From NCBI RefSeq assembly GCF_963921235.1, contig NC_086097.1:183026001-183090000 (forward strand): a stretch of DNA of 64,000 nucleotides, written 5' to 3'. Of this stretch, positions 51,584-63,910 are shown piece by piece. The position numbers were made by a program, and so were the translations under genes. The notes under the pieces are model-generated. The model did no database searches, had not been told where the DNA came from, and saw nothing but the letters and a program-made list of their open reading frames with translations. The stretch is from Mobula hypostoma. Its lineage: Eukaryota. Every line of letters begins with the position of its first letter. Position 1 is the first letter of the stretch.

Positions 51584-52834
51584 GTAGGTTGATATCAGCA
51601 AATAATGTGCCATCATATTTCTCTTCCCATTGTCCTTTCCTTTCTTTTCTTTGCCTATTTCAAGAGTTACTGAGATGAGAAGCGATCAGACATTGATTGG
51701 GAGATTGGGCCCTAGAACTAATGCATAGCAATGAAATACCATCTGAACTGCTGCTGAGTACCGTGTGTGACCAGAATGCACCCCGAGTTTTGTTCCCAGT
51801 GTGCATCATGCACAAGGATTATTGGATTGTTGTATCCCTTTCTCCCAGCTACATTGACATTGGCCAAGCACTGAATTACCACTAGATGTGTAAAAATTGC
51901 CTTCGGGGATTTAATAAATGACAAGCCTCTATGGCAATTTGTCTTTTCTACAGATCCTTTAAGGTAACCGCTGATATCCTTCCTTCCTACCTACCCGTCA
52001 GTGCTGTGAGCTGAGCCCGACTTACTCCTGACCAACTACAGGTCAGCCAGGTCTGATGGGGCACCACTTCTGGGACTGGGCAGACCACCCATCCCCAACT
52101 CCAGTCTCTGTCCCAGTTGTCCAGCAGGTGATGTCTGTTGGAAAAGGAGGAGGTCACCTTTTCCCATCTCTCAGTACTAGTGCTCCCCAGGGTTGTGTGC
52201 TCAGTCCCCTGTGACTGAGTGAACAAGTACAGCACCAACTCGTCAATGAGCTGATGCTTCCATTGTTACTGGCTGAATAAACAACTGATGAGATGGACTA
52301 CAAGAAAGATATCGCAAACCTTGTCTCATAGGGAAGAACAACAAATTAGCCCTTAGCATCAGCAAGACTATAGAAGTAACGGATGTGAGTTCAATTGCAA
52401 CACCTAAGAGAAGTTTGGACAGGTGCGAGCCTCAAAGGGGTATGGAGGGCTCAGGACCAGGCGCAGGTCAATGGGACTAGGCAGAATAACATTTTGGCAT
52501 GGACTAGATGGGCTGAAGGGCCTGTTTCAGTGCTGTATTGCTCTAGATTCCAGCAGCTGAAGTCTCTTGTATATCGGTACTTTCTAATCACTGCGTTAGC
52601 AACTTATGGTTAAGGACACCTTGATCTCTTTGAATATAAATATTACCTAATCTTTCATCAATAAAGGTGTTACTCTGATGAGTGCACCACAGCAAGTAGT
52701 TTGGCAGATGTATTATTGAGTGGGAAAATGTAATGTTCTCGTCACTGACCCAGGTTATCTGTATCCTGTGAAACCCCTTTACAACCTGATACGGACTCAC
52801 AGCTTTAGGTCATTTTGCTTTTTTTCTCCCTCAG

Positions 52835-52974
52835 GGTCTCTGGGAACAAGATGGCAAATGCGTTCCATCCTCTGAGTGCGAGTGTATTCACCTTCAGCAA
52901 TCAGACAGGAATAAAGCCCCACTGCCCACACGTGTGCAACCTGGTGCTAGCATTCGAATTGGCTGCAATACTTG
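52835..52974 (+). CDS. SSPO: SCO-spondin exon (GLWEQDGKCVPSSECECIHL...IGCNTC)
   Basis: ttttttctccctcAG acceptor, donor TG|GTAGGG; 140 nt, phase 0-2; hand-translated. Confidence 0.92.
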
Positions 52975-53154
52975 GTAGGGCTCACTAATTAACTCATCTT
53001 CTCAGCTCTGAATAGTGAAGTTTGTTGCATAATTTATGTGAATCTGAGTCTATGTTGACATGTTGTCAGGTTTGTAAACGTGTTGTGCTGCTGCTGCAAA
53101 TAGCTAACAGTCATGCCATTTAAACACTGGATATATACCGTATAGTTAACATGA

Positions 53155-54390
53155 AGGGAAGGCCGTGCCTCACGAGCCTAATTGAGTTTTTTGAAGAGGT
53201 AACAAAATAAATTGATGAGGGTAGGGCAGTAGATGTGGTCTACATGGATTTTGGCAAGGCATTTGACAAGGTCCCCCATGATAGACTCATCCAGAAAGTC
53301 ATGAGGCATGGGATCAGTGGAACCTTGGCTTAAAGGAAGAAAGCAGAGGGTAGCAGTGGAGGGAAAGTATTCTGCCTGGAGGTCAGTGACTAGTGTAGTG
53401 CTGCAAGGATCTGTCCTGGGACCCCTGCTCTTTGTGATTTTTATAAGTGACCTGGATGAAGAGGTGGAAGGATGGGTGAGTAAGTTTGTGGATGACACGA
53501 AGGTTGGAGGAGTTGTGGATGAGCTGTAGGTTGTCGAAGGATATAGACAGGATGCAGAGTTGGGCAGAAAAGTGGCAGATGGAGTTCAATCCGGATAAGT
53601 GTGAGGTGATGCATTTTGGAAAGACAAACCAGAAGGCTGAGTACAGGGTTAATGGTCGGTTACTTAAGAGTGTGGATAAACAGAGGGACTTTGAGGTTCA
53701 AATCCATACATCCCTTAAGGTCACTACACAGGTTGATAGGATAGTTAAGAAGGCCAATGGGATGCTAGGCTTCATTAATAGGGGGATTGAGTTCAAGAGT
53801 AGAGAGGTCATGTTGCAACTCTACAAATCTCTGGTGCGACCACACTTAGGGTATTGTGTTCAGTTCTGGTCACTTCATTATAGGAAGGATGTGGAAGCTA
53901 TGGAGAGGGTGCAGAGGAGATTTACCAGGCTGTTGCCTGGATTGGAAAACAAGTCTTATGAGACAAGGTTAGCAGAACTGGGACTTTTCTCTTTGGAGTG
54001 TAGAAGGTTGAGAGGGGACTTGATAGAGGTCTACAAGATTATGAGAGGCATAGATAGGGTGGATTGCCAGTACCTGTTTCCCAGGGCATGTATAGCAAAG
54101 ACCAGAGGGTATATGTACAAAGTTAAGGGAGGGAAGTTTAGGGGAGATATCAGGGGTAAGTTTTTTACACAGAGGGTTATGGGTGCCTGGAATGACTTGC
54201 TAGGGTTGGTGGTGGAGGCTAAAACATCAGGGGTATTTAAGAGCCTCTTGGACAGGCACATGGATGAAAGAAAAATAGAGGGTTATGGGGTAATATGGGT
54301 TAGTATGTTTTTTTTAAGGAATATATGAGTCGGCACAACATCGAGGGCTGAAGGACCTGTACTGTGCTGTAGTATTTTAGTGTCTAGTAT
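53155..54390 (+). mobile_element. CR1 LINE 3' half
   Basis: ORFs 53308..53529 and 53486..54328 carry RT motifs and the CR1 C-terminus. Confidence 0.92.
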
Positions 54391-54484
54391 TACAATGACA
54401 GTAAACTTAGACCTGATACTTGAACTGCTGCTGCTCACAATTTAATCTAGTTCAGAACTTGATGTAGTTTAAATGTTAATGACA

Positions 54485-55425
54485 ATAAGTTTGCTGACGA
54501 TACGAAGATAGGTGGAGGAGCCGGTAGTGCTGAGGAAACGGAGAGTCTGCAGAGAGACTTGGATAGATTGGAAGAATGGACAGAGAAGTGGCAAATGAAG
54601 TACAATGTTGGAAAGTGTATGGTTATGCACTTTGGCAGAAAAAATAAACGGGCAGACTACTATTTAAATGGGGAAAGAATTCAAAGTTCTGAGATACAAC
54701 GGGACTTGGGAGTCCTCGTACAGGATTCCCTTAAAGTTAACTTCCAGGTTGAGACAGTAGTGAAGAAGGCGAATGCAATGTTGGCATTCATTTCTAGAGG
54801 AATAGAGTATAGGAGCAGGGATGTGATGTTGAGGCTCTATAAGGCGCTGGTGAGACCTCACTTGGAGTACTGTGGGCAGTTTTGGTCTCCTTATTTAAGA
54901 AAGGATGTGCTGACACTGGAGAGGGTACAGAGAAGATTCACTAGAATGATTCTGGGAATGAGAGGATTAGCATATGAGAAACGTTTGTCCGCTCTTGGAC
55001 TGTATTCCTTGGAGTTTAGAAGAATGAGGGGAGACCTCATAGAAACATTTCGAATGTTGAAAGGCATGGACAGAGTGGATGTGGCAAAGTTGTTTCCCAT
55101 GATGGGGGAGTCTAGTACGAGAGGGCATGACTTCAGGATTGAAGGGCGCCCATTCAGAACAGAAATGCGAAGAAATTTTTTTAGTCAGAGGGTGGTGAAT
55201 CTATGGAATTTGTTTCCATGGGCAGCAGTGGAGGCCAAGTCATTGGGTGTATTTAAGGCAAAGATTGATAGGTATCTGAGTAGCCAGGGCATCAAAGGTT
55301 ATGGTGAGAAGGCAGGGGAGTGGGACTAAATGGGAGAATGGATCAGCTCATGATAAAATGGCGGAGCAGACTCGATGGGCTGAATGGCTGACTTCTGCTC
55401 CTTTGTCTTATGGTCTTATGGTCTT
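54485..55425 (+). mobile_element. CR1 LINE 3' fragment with intact frame and (tcttatgg)n tail
   Basis: ORF 54559..55329; tail tcttatggtcttatggtctta. Confidence 0.92.
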
Positions 55426-55534
55426 AATAAATATGCATCACTGTAAATTTTGATTGTTCATCAATAGATGGAATGTTGATTAATCAGTGCTTTATATTCA
55501 TGGGCTCAGAACTGAAATTGTTCATTTCCCACAG

Positions 55535-55581
55535 CATCTGCACAAATGGTTTGATCGAATGCACCAATCACAGCTGCAAAG
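55535..55581 (+). CDS. SSPO: SCO-spondin short exon (CICTNGLIECTNHSCK)
   Basis: tttcccacAG acceptor, donor AG|GTAAGG; 47 nt, phase 2-1. Confidence 0.9.
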
Positions 55582-56777
55582 GTAAGGCCCCAGGCTGCAC
55601 CCCACAACAGCCAGCCTGGCCACTCAGCTTCAATGTGACCAGTGAGTGAGTGAGTGGTCTGAGAGAGGTGAGTGGGTGGCCAGGGAAGGGGAAAGGCCAT
55701 TGAAGGAGAAGGAAGTGAGTGCTCACTGAAAGAATGAATAAACTTAATGAGGGGATGACCTAAGTGTTGAGTCAGTGAGTGGGCAATGAGACTGAGTGGT
55801 GTTTGTGAGGTCTGTAAGTGAGTGGTCAGCAGGAGTGAAATGAGCAGTCAGTAAAATGGACCAGATGAACACTGAGATGTCAATCAGAAGTTAGACCATA
55901 AGACCTTACGAGGAGAAGGCCAGGGAGTGGGGCTGAGGAGGGAAATAAAAATGATCAGCCATGATCAAATGGCGGAGCTGACTCGATGAGCCAAATGGCC
56001 TAATTCTGCTCCTACATCTAATGGTCTTAATGAGAAGCTGACTGATGATTGACTGAAATTGTGCTGAGTGAATGACTGAATGGTCAGTGAGTGAATGTTG
56101 TGATTGAGGAGCTGTGAGAGTGTCAGTGAGATCTCAGTGAAAGGACAATTGGTCATTGAGTGAGGCTGTATTTGGATGGGTTCTCATTTAATGATCAAAA
56201 TTATGACTGAGCAGTGGAAGAACATTTGCTACTCTCCAGTTCTCCAGGACACCACCTGTTGCTAATGAGATGCAAAAAGCTTTGTCAAGGCCCCAGCAAT
56301 CTCATCTCCTCTCTCAAAATGAAGTAAATGGCAGGTTCTGGAAAGCTGACAGAAAACCCTGAATTTATTCCAACAAGGGGTTTCCTGTTCTTTTGAGCAG
56401 TAAGTGAGGATGTGCTTAAGTGAGTGGTCAGTATGAGAATGAATGATGTGAATCAGGCTAAGATTGGGAAGGTGTCAGGGAATGAATTATCAGTGAGAGG
56501 CCATTAGGCAAGTAGTGTGTGACTGAGGTTGTGACGCGATCATTGAGTGAATGAGTAGTGTGAGGACAGGACTGGGCAGGTGGCCAATGAGCAAGTGTTG
56601 GTGAGTGAGGTAAAGGAATAAGGAATTCGAGTGAACGACTGAGAAGTGGACAATAGTTGTGTGAGTGCTTACAGACTAAGCAGTTAGGCAGCAGGCAGCG
56701 AGGTTGGATACTTCTGAGTACTCAGTGAATAGGACTGCTCCTCTTTAATCATTGTTCATCTTGCTGTCATTATTCAG

Positions 56778-57050
56778 GTCAAGTTGAGCTTAGTGAGTGG
56801 TCTCACTGGACGGGTTGCTCTTCCTGCATCCCTTGGACTGTCCTGAATGAATCCTCAGTCACTGCTTTACACAAACACCAGCTCAACACCCTAAACCTCA
56901 GCCAGCTCCCTGCTGTGGACCAGTACTTAGTGAGCGAAAAACGGTACCGAGTATGTGTGGCATTGGATTCGGGACAGCCTGTAATTGAGAACCTATGCGG
57001 AGAGCATCTGGTGGAAAATCGGACATGTGCAAACCTTACAATCTGTAGTG
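56778..57050 (+). CDS. SSPO: SCO-spondin exon, TSR1 with a long internal insert (GQVELSEWSHWTGCSSC...SEKRYRVC...CANLTICS)
   Basis: ttcAG acceptor, donor TG|GTAAAT; 273 nt open frame, phase 1-1; hand-translated. Confidence 0.9.
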
Positions 57051-57969
57051 GTAAATATCCATTTGCTCCAACATTATAAAATCCACTTTCCGATCATTAA
57101 GTATCGATTTCTGATGTATTTCCCAATATGATTATGTTCTCTCTAAAAAATACTAAAGACCCAATATTTTTATTCTAGTACTATTAATTATATCATGTCT
57201 AAGGGCTGTTTAAATGCTGCAGAGGTCCTGCAAAGCAGTGCTCCAAGAGTTCGATGCAGAAATCATTGGATACATTTACTGTGCTCCTCCAAAATTCTCA
57301 TATAATAGGAGCTCCAGCAGATCAAAAGCAACAAATAGACACCAACCACCTCCTCCCCAATAGTTAGCTGGAAGAAAAATAGTGAATATGTAGGGAGATT
57401 GCAGAAAGCTGTAAAAATAATAATGTTTTAATAGTAGGGGATTTTAACATTCAAATTTTGATTGGGAATGCCATAGTATTAAGGACTTTGATGGTGAGGA
57501 ATTGTGTACAGGGCAAATTTGTTGATCAATATGGCTCCACTAGGGAAGGGGCTAAGCTCAACCTCCTCTTGGGAAATGAGGGAGGGCAAGTCACTGAAGT
57601 GATAGTGGGGAAGCACTTTGGAGCCTGTTACCATAATTCTATTAGTTTTAAAATAGTTGTGGAAAAGGATAGGATTAGTTCACAAGTTAAAGTCCTAAAT
57701 TGGGAGCAGGCTAATTTAGATAGTGTTAGACAGGAACTTTCAAAGGATGATTGAGGAGGCTCTTTGCACGTAAAGAAAGTTGACAGGTCTGCTATTTTTA
57801 ACTATGCTGCTAAACTGTGGAACTTAATACCTGAAACTAAAAAGATGCATCTCAGTTGGCACTTCTAAATGTCAGCTCAAAACCTATTTATAAATCTTGC
57901 CTTTAACTTGCATCATTTTGTCTTTTATCTTTATTTGCACTTTTTCCCATTTTAAAGTGCTTTGAACTA

Positions 57970-59573
57970 CAAACCCCATTTCCAGAAAAGTTGGGATATT
58001 TTCCAAAATGCAACAAAAACAAAAATCTATGATATGTTAATTCACGTGAACCTTTATTTAACTGACAAAAGTACAAAGAAAAGATTTTCAATAGTTTTAC
58101 TGACCAACTTAATTGTATTTTATAAACATACACAAATTTAGAATTTGATGGTTGCAACACACTCAACAAAAGTTGGGACAGAGGCATGTTTACCATTGTG
58201 TTACATCACCTTTCCTTTTAATAACACTTTTTAATTGTTTTGGAACTGAGGATATTAATTGTAGTAGATTTGCAATTGGAAATTTTGTCCATTCTTGCTT
58301 GATATAAGACTTCAGCTGCTCAACAGTCCGTGGTCTCCGTTGTCTGATTCTCCTCTTCATGATGCGCCATACATTTTCAATAGGAGATAGATCTGGACTG
58401 GCAGCAGGCCAGTCAAGCACCCACACTCTGTGTCTACAAAGCCATGCTGTTGTAGCCCGTGCAGAATGTGGTCTGGCATTGTCCTGCTGAAATAAGCATG
58501 GACATCCCGGGAAGAGACGTCGCCGGATGGCAACATATGTCTCTCTAAAATCCTAATATACGCCTCAGAGTCAATGGTACCTTCACGTACATGCAACTCA
58601 CCCATGTCGTGGGCACTGATGCACCCCCATACCATCACAGATGCTGGCTTTTGCACCTTTCGCTGATAACAATCTGGATGGTCGTTTTCATCTTTGGCAT
58701 GGAGAACTTGACGCCCGTTTTTTCCGAAATCTAGCTGAAATGTGGACTCGTCTGACCACAGCACACAGTTCCACAGTCTTTTGGTCCATCTGAGATGAGC
58801 TCGGGCCCAGAGAAGTCGCCGGCGTTTCTGCACAGAGTTGATGTATGGCTTCCTCCTTGCATAATAGAGTTTCAAGTTGCATTTCTGGATGCAGTGACAG
58901 ACTGTGTTGAGTGACAATGGTTTTCCGAAGCACTCCTGAGTCCAGGTGGCTATAATTGTCACAGTAGCATGACGGTTTCTTAGGCAGTGCCGCCTGAGGG
59001 CTCGAAGATCATGCGCATTCAACAGTGGTTTCCGATCTTACCCTTTACGCACTGAGATGTCTGTGAATTCTCTGAATCTTTTCGCAATATTATGTACTGT
59101 AGATGTTGAAAGACCTAAATTCTCTGCAATCTTGCGTTGAGAAATGTTCCTTTTGAACTGACTAAAAATTCTCTTGCCAATTTTGGCACAAAGGGGTGAG
59201 CCACGACCCATCCTTGCTTGCAAAGACTGAGCCTTTGATGGACGCTACTTTTATACCCAGTCATGATACCTCACCTGCTACCAATTAGCCTGCTTAATGT
59301 GGAGTCTTCCAAACCGGTGTTACTTGAATATTCTGTGCACTTTTCAATCTTATTTTAACTCTGTCCCAACTTTTGTTGAGTGTGTTACAGCCATCAAATT
59401 CTAAATTTGTGTATATTTGCAAAATACTAATTAAGTTGGTCAGTAAAACTATTGAAAATCTTTTCTTTGTACTTTTGTCAGTTAAATAAAGGTTCACGTG
59501 AATTAACATATCACAGATTTTTGTTTTTATTGCATTTTGGAAAATACCCCAACTTCTCTGGAAATAGGGTTTG
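57970..59573 (-). mobile_element. Full-length Tc1-family DNA transposon (1604 bp)
   Basis: TA TSDs (57968-69, 59574-75); ~200-bp TIRs beginning CAAACCC(C/T)ATTTCCAGA(A/G)AAGTTGGG, with an inner repeat AAAAGTTGGGACA. Confidence 0.95.
58190..59211 (-). pseudogene. Tc1 DD34E transposase pseudogene
   Basis: HTH N-terminus (ISQRKIAENLGLSTSTVHNI), VLWSDES, FQQDNARPH, SPDLSPIE with 34 residues between D and E; in-frame stop at 59038-59040 and one frameshift near 58520. Confidence 0.93.
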
Positions 59574-59656
59574 TACATTGTTTGCATAAAATGTTCTCTA
59601 TAGATATTATTTAGATTATGAGAACACTCAGTCCTCTTTTATTGTCATTTAGAAAA

Positions 59657-59692
<36 letters not shown>
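59657..59692. repeat. (ATT)n microsatellite
   Basis: Direct observation. Confidence 0.9.
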
Positions 59693-61930
59693 GATTAAGG
59701 ACTCATCAGGGAGGCTTACATCAAGAGTTTGGGAACAAAATGTTCCTGTTAGAGTGAAGGAAAAAACTGGCAGGAATGGGGAGCCCTGGATGACAGGAAA
59801 TGAAACATATGTCAGCTATAAGCAAGGTGGATAAAGTGCATCCCTCAAGGAATGTAGAGGTGCAGGTGTACACTTAGGAGGGAACATGAAAAATTTTTAG
59901 CAATTAGGGTAAAGTAGGCTCCAAAGAGATTCATAAACACAAGAGATACTTAAGATTTTATAAGTATATTAAGAGCAAAAGAGAAACTACAGAAAAAATA
60001 GGGCCTGTTAATGATCATTAAGGTTATCTATGTGTGAAGTTACATGAGATGGACATGGTCTTATCTGTATTTACTATTATTCAAGAAAGGATTCAAGGAA
60101 AAGTTTAGAAAGTGTAGAATGGTGAGCTTAGCACTAATGGTAAGTTATTGGAAAGGATTCTGAGAGAAAGGATCTTCGAGCTTTTGGAAAGGCAGGGACC
60201 GATTAGTGATACACATGGCTTTGTGCATGGCTTCATGTCTCACAAGTTAGGTGAGGTTTCTTTTTTAAAAAAAAAATGACCAAAAAGATAGATAACGGAA
60301 TTGTGTTTGATGTGATCAGTACTGCGCCACAGTATGAGAAGAGGTTGATTAAACTGGAACAGCTTTATAAAACTGTGCTAGGTCTATTGTTGTTTGTCAG
60401 ATATATCAATGACTTGGATGAGACTGAAGGTGGCTTGATTTGTAAGTTTGCAGACGACACAATAACTGGTGGTATGGTGGACTGTGAAGAACGTCCTCAA
60501 AGATTGCAATGATTAACTGGGCCAGTGGGCTGAGGAACGGCAGACTGAGTTTAATTCAGATAAATGCAGTGTGTCACATTTTGGTAAGATCAAATAGTAA
60601 ATGATAGGGCCCCAGGAAATGGTGTAGAACAGAGAGGAATGCAGGTACATATTTACTTGAATGTGGTGAGACAGATTTTATTGCATTTGTACAGGGCCTT
60701 GATAAAACTGCATCTGGAGAATTTTGTTCAGCTCAGGTCCGCTTCCCTCAAAAACGATGTCGTAGACCGAGAAGGAACACAACAAAGTTTCACCAGACTG
60801 GCTTCAGGACAATGGTGTTCCTGGATGAGACGAGGTTGATTAAACTGGAACAGCTTTATAAAATTGCATTTAATTCTGCTGTCCCTTCATGGGAAGGATA
60901 CAATGGGTTTGGAAACTGTGCAGAAGAGGTCGCATATGCTGTCTGAATTACAGAGCATGTGCTATAACAAGAGATTGGACAAACAATGGGTTGTTTTCTC
61001 TGGAGTGGTGGAAGCTGAGGAGGGATCTACTAGAAGTTTATAAGATTATGAGAGGCATAAATAGAGTATACAGTTGGTACCTTTTTCCCAGGAGTGAAAT
61101 GTCTAATTCCAGTGGGTATCTGCAGTATTTAAGATGAAAAGGGGAAAGTGCAAAAGAGACGTGTGAGACAGGTTTTTTTACACAGCTGGAGCCTGGAATC
61201 TGCTCCCTGTGGCGGTAGTAGAGACAAATGCGACAGGCATTTAACAGGCTCTCAGATAGGCACATGAATGTGTGGAGAATAGTGATCTGTGGACATTATG
61301 AAGGCAGAAGGGATTCATTTCATTTGGCATTTAACTACTGGTTTTACTGGTTTGGCATGGCATGGTGTGGCAAATGGCCTGTTCCTATGCTGCACTGTTC
61401 AGTGTCCTACATTTTATGTTGCAGAGTGCAGAAGAATGAGGCAAAAATCACAACATGCTGAACAGACTTGAGAGGCTAGCTGAAGGGAGGATAGTTCCCC
61501 TGATTCAGCAGGTCAATTTCACAATAAGGGCAAGGACATTAGGCTTGAGGTGGTTAGATTTTTTTTTGAAACTCAGTTTGTAGTGATCTTGGAATTCTCT
61601 ACACTGGAGGGCTGTTATTTGTTGCATTCTGGATGTGCATTAATGAATTTCTGTATACTTGAGGAATTAAGGTCTGTAGCAATAGTGTTAGAAAAAGATG
61701 TTGAGGTTCAGTACCAGATATGATCTTGTCAAATAATTAACTGAATGGCTAACTGCTACTTTTTCTTATTTCTTTATTTAATTAATTGATGTCTGCAATT
61801 TAATTATTACCCGGAAGCTTTTTTAACTGTTCTTTTCCTCCTATCTATAAATAATGCATGTTTCTATTTCCCTGTGCCCAGCCACCACCTTCTGTACACG
61901 CCACTACTTTTGTGCCTCCCTCTATTTCAG

Positions 61931-62092
61931 ACGATTGTTCTTGGGGTTCCTGGGGCCCATGGAGTGCTTGCCGCGAGCCTTGCAGTGGTGGCTTCCGCAT
62001 CAGGCAACGCAACCTCACTCGCCCAGATGACACAGGGGACTGTCGAAAACCCAGGTTCCAATCGGAAAGTTGCAATACTGCCATCTGCCCAG
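61931..62092 (+). CDS. SSPO: SCO-spondin exon, TSR1 (DDCSWGSWGPWSACREPCSGGFRIRQR...CNTAICP)
   Basis: tctatttcAG acceptor, donor CAG|GTGACA; 162 nt, phase 1-1. Confidence 0.93.
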
Positions 62093-62699
62093 GTGACAGA
62101 AAAAGAAATTAATGTTCAACAATCTGATATTATAAAGGGATATGGCATGTACATAACAAATGAAGTTGGCAAATAACAGTCACATTCTCAGTAGGGTTTA
62201 TGATGAAATGTCATTTACAAAGATATAGTATTGGCTTACTATTGGCACTTGTACAAATATACAGTGAAATATCTAGTGTTTCAAGAGATCACTGAAGATC
62301 ATTTCAACAACATAAGGTATTTGAGGTAGCTCAGCAAAAAGCAATAGCAATGCAGAAGGTAATGTTACAGTCAGAGAGGGCGTGCAGTGCAGGCAGAAAA
62401 TCATGATGAGGCAAACGTCCTCTTCTCATAGCTGCCACCAAGGGGAGGTACGGGAACGTGAAGACACTCACCATTTTAGGAACAGCTCCTTGGCCTCCGG
62501 TATCAGATTTCTGAATGGACAGTGAACCCATTTACACTACATCACTACTTTTCCCTCTCTTTTTGCACTACCTATTTCATTCAATTTATATGCATATATA
62601 TTTCTTATTGTAATTGATGGTGCTTTTTATTATATATTGCTCTGTACTGCTGAGTGCCAGTGATATTAAACCAGATTCTGATTCATCTGGACTGTACAA

Positions 62700-63470
62700 A
62701 AGGTCCAACAGCAAGAGTTGAACTGTCCTTGAGCCTGGGGATGTGTGCTTTTAGATTTTTTTGTCATTGCCGACCGGGAGAGGGGAAAAGAGAGGATGTC
62801 CAGGGTGAGTGGGGTCTTTGATGATGATGGCTGCTTTACCAAGACAGTGAGAAGTGCAGGCGGAGTCCATAGAGAGGAAGCCGGTTTCCATAATGGACTG
62901 AGCTCTTTCCATAACTCCCTCGCTTCTTTCAGTCTCAGGCAGAACAGTTTCCAAACCAAGTTGTGAAACAGTATATCCAATAGGATGCTTTCTATAGTGC
63001 ATCTACAAATATTAGTGAGTGTCAAACAGGACATGCCCTATTTCCTTAGCCTTCTAAGGAAGTACAGGGAATGTCAGCTTTCCTGGCCTTAGCTTTCTAT
63101 CTGGCTGGATTAGGACAGGCTGTTGGTGATATTTTCACATAGGAACTTGAAGCTCTCCACCCTCTCCACTACAGCATAGCTGACACATACATGGGTGTGT
63201 GCTCTGTCCTGCTTCCTAAAGCCAATAACCAATTCTGTTGTTTTGCTGACATTAAATGAAAAGTTCTTGTCCAAACATTATGCACCTAGAGTCTCTGTTT
63301 CCTTCCCATACTCCATCTTGTCACTATTTGAGATCCAGCCCACTACAGTGGTGTCATCTGTGAAGTTGCAGCAAAATCTGACTGGACAGATATGAATGTA
63401 TAGTAAGTAAAGTAAGGGACTGAGAACACAGCCTTGCAGGGCACCAGAGGTGTTGCTGCCTGCACTTACT
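62700..63470 (-). mobile_element. Rex-Babar LINE fragment
   Basis: GALQGCVLSPLLY, FTDDTTVVGWIS, CRCTIESIL, KAAIIIKDPTHPGHPLFSPLP. Confidence 0.78.
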
Positions 63471-63679
63471 TTAGGGATATTAAGATCCTGAAGTACCAAG
63501 GTTTGGTACAAAGAAAACTAGGAATAAAACCTTACTATTTATTAGAACAGGTGACACAATAGTGTGAATTTATTTTGGTCCCATTCTAAATAGAAAGTCA
63601 GAGAGACATAGAGTAATTTAACATGGATACAGGCCCTCTGGCTCAACAAGTCCATGCCAACCACAGTGCCCACACAGCT

Positions 63680-63910
63680 ACGCACACAAAATGCTGGAGG
63701 AACTAGAAAGAAGCACAGTCAATGTTTCAGGCTGATACTCTTCAGCAGGACTGGAAGGAAAAAGCTGAGGAGTAGATTTGAAAGGTGGCGGGAGGGAAGA
63801 GAGAAACACCAGGTGATAGGTAAAACTTGGAGGGGGAGGGATGAAACAAAGAGCTAGGAAATTGATGGGTGAAAGACAGGCCATGGAAGAAAGAAAAAAA
63901 GGGCGGGGAT
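63680..63910 (-). mobile_element. Penelope-like 3' terminal fragment with hammerhead-like motif
   Basis: Minus strand CAGTC-CTGCTGA-AGAG..CCT-GAAACATT-GACTG, then the shared ttcctccagcattttgtgtg end. Confidence 0.7.

Larger units (their letters stand above)
57780..59615 (+). mobile_element. L2-like LINE 3' end (57780..57969 + 59574..59615) split by Tc1, lying within a decayed CR1 (~57385..61420)
   Basis: YAAKLWNLIP..QLKTYLYNLAF-like text; tail aaagtgctttgaacta|cattg..aaatgttctctataga continues across the Tc1. Confidence 0.55.
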
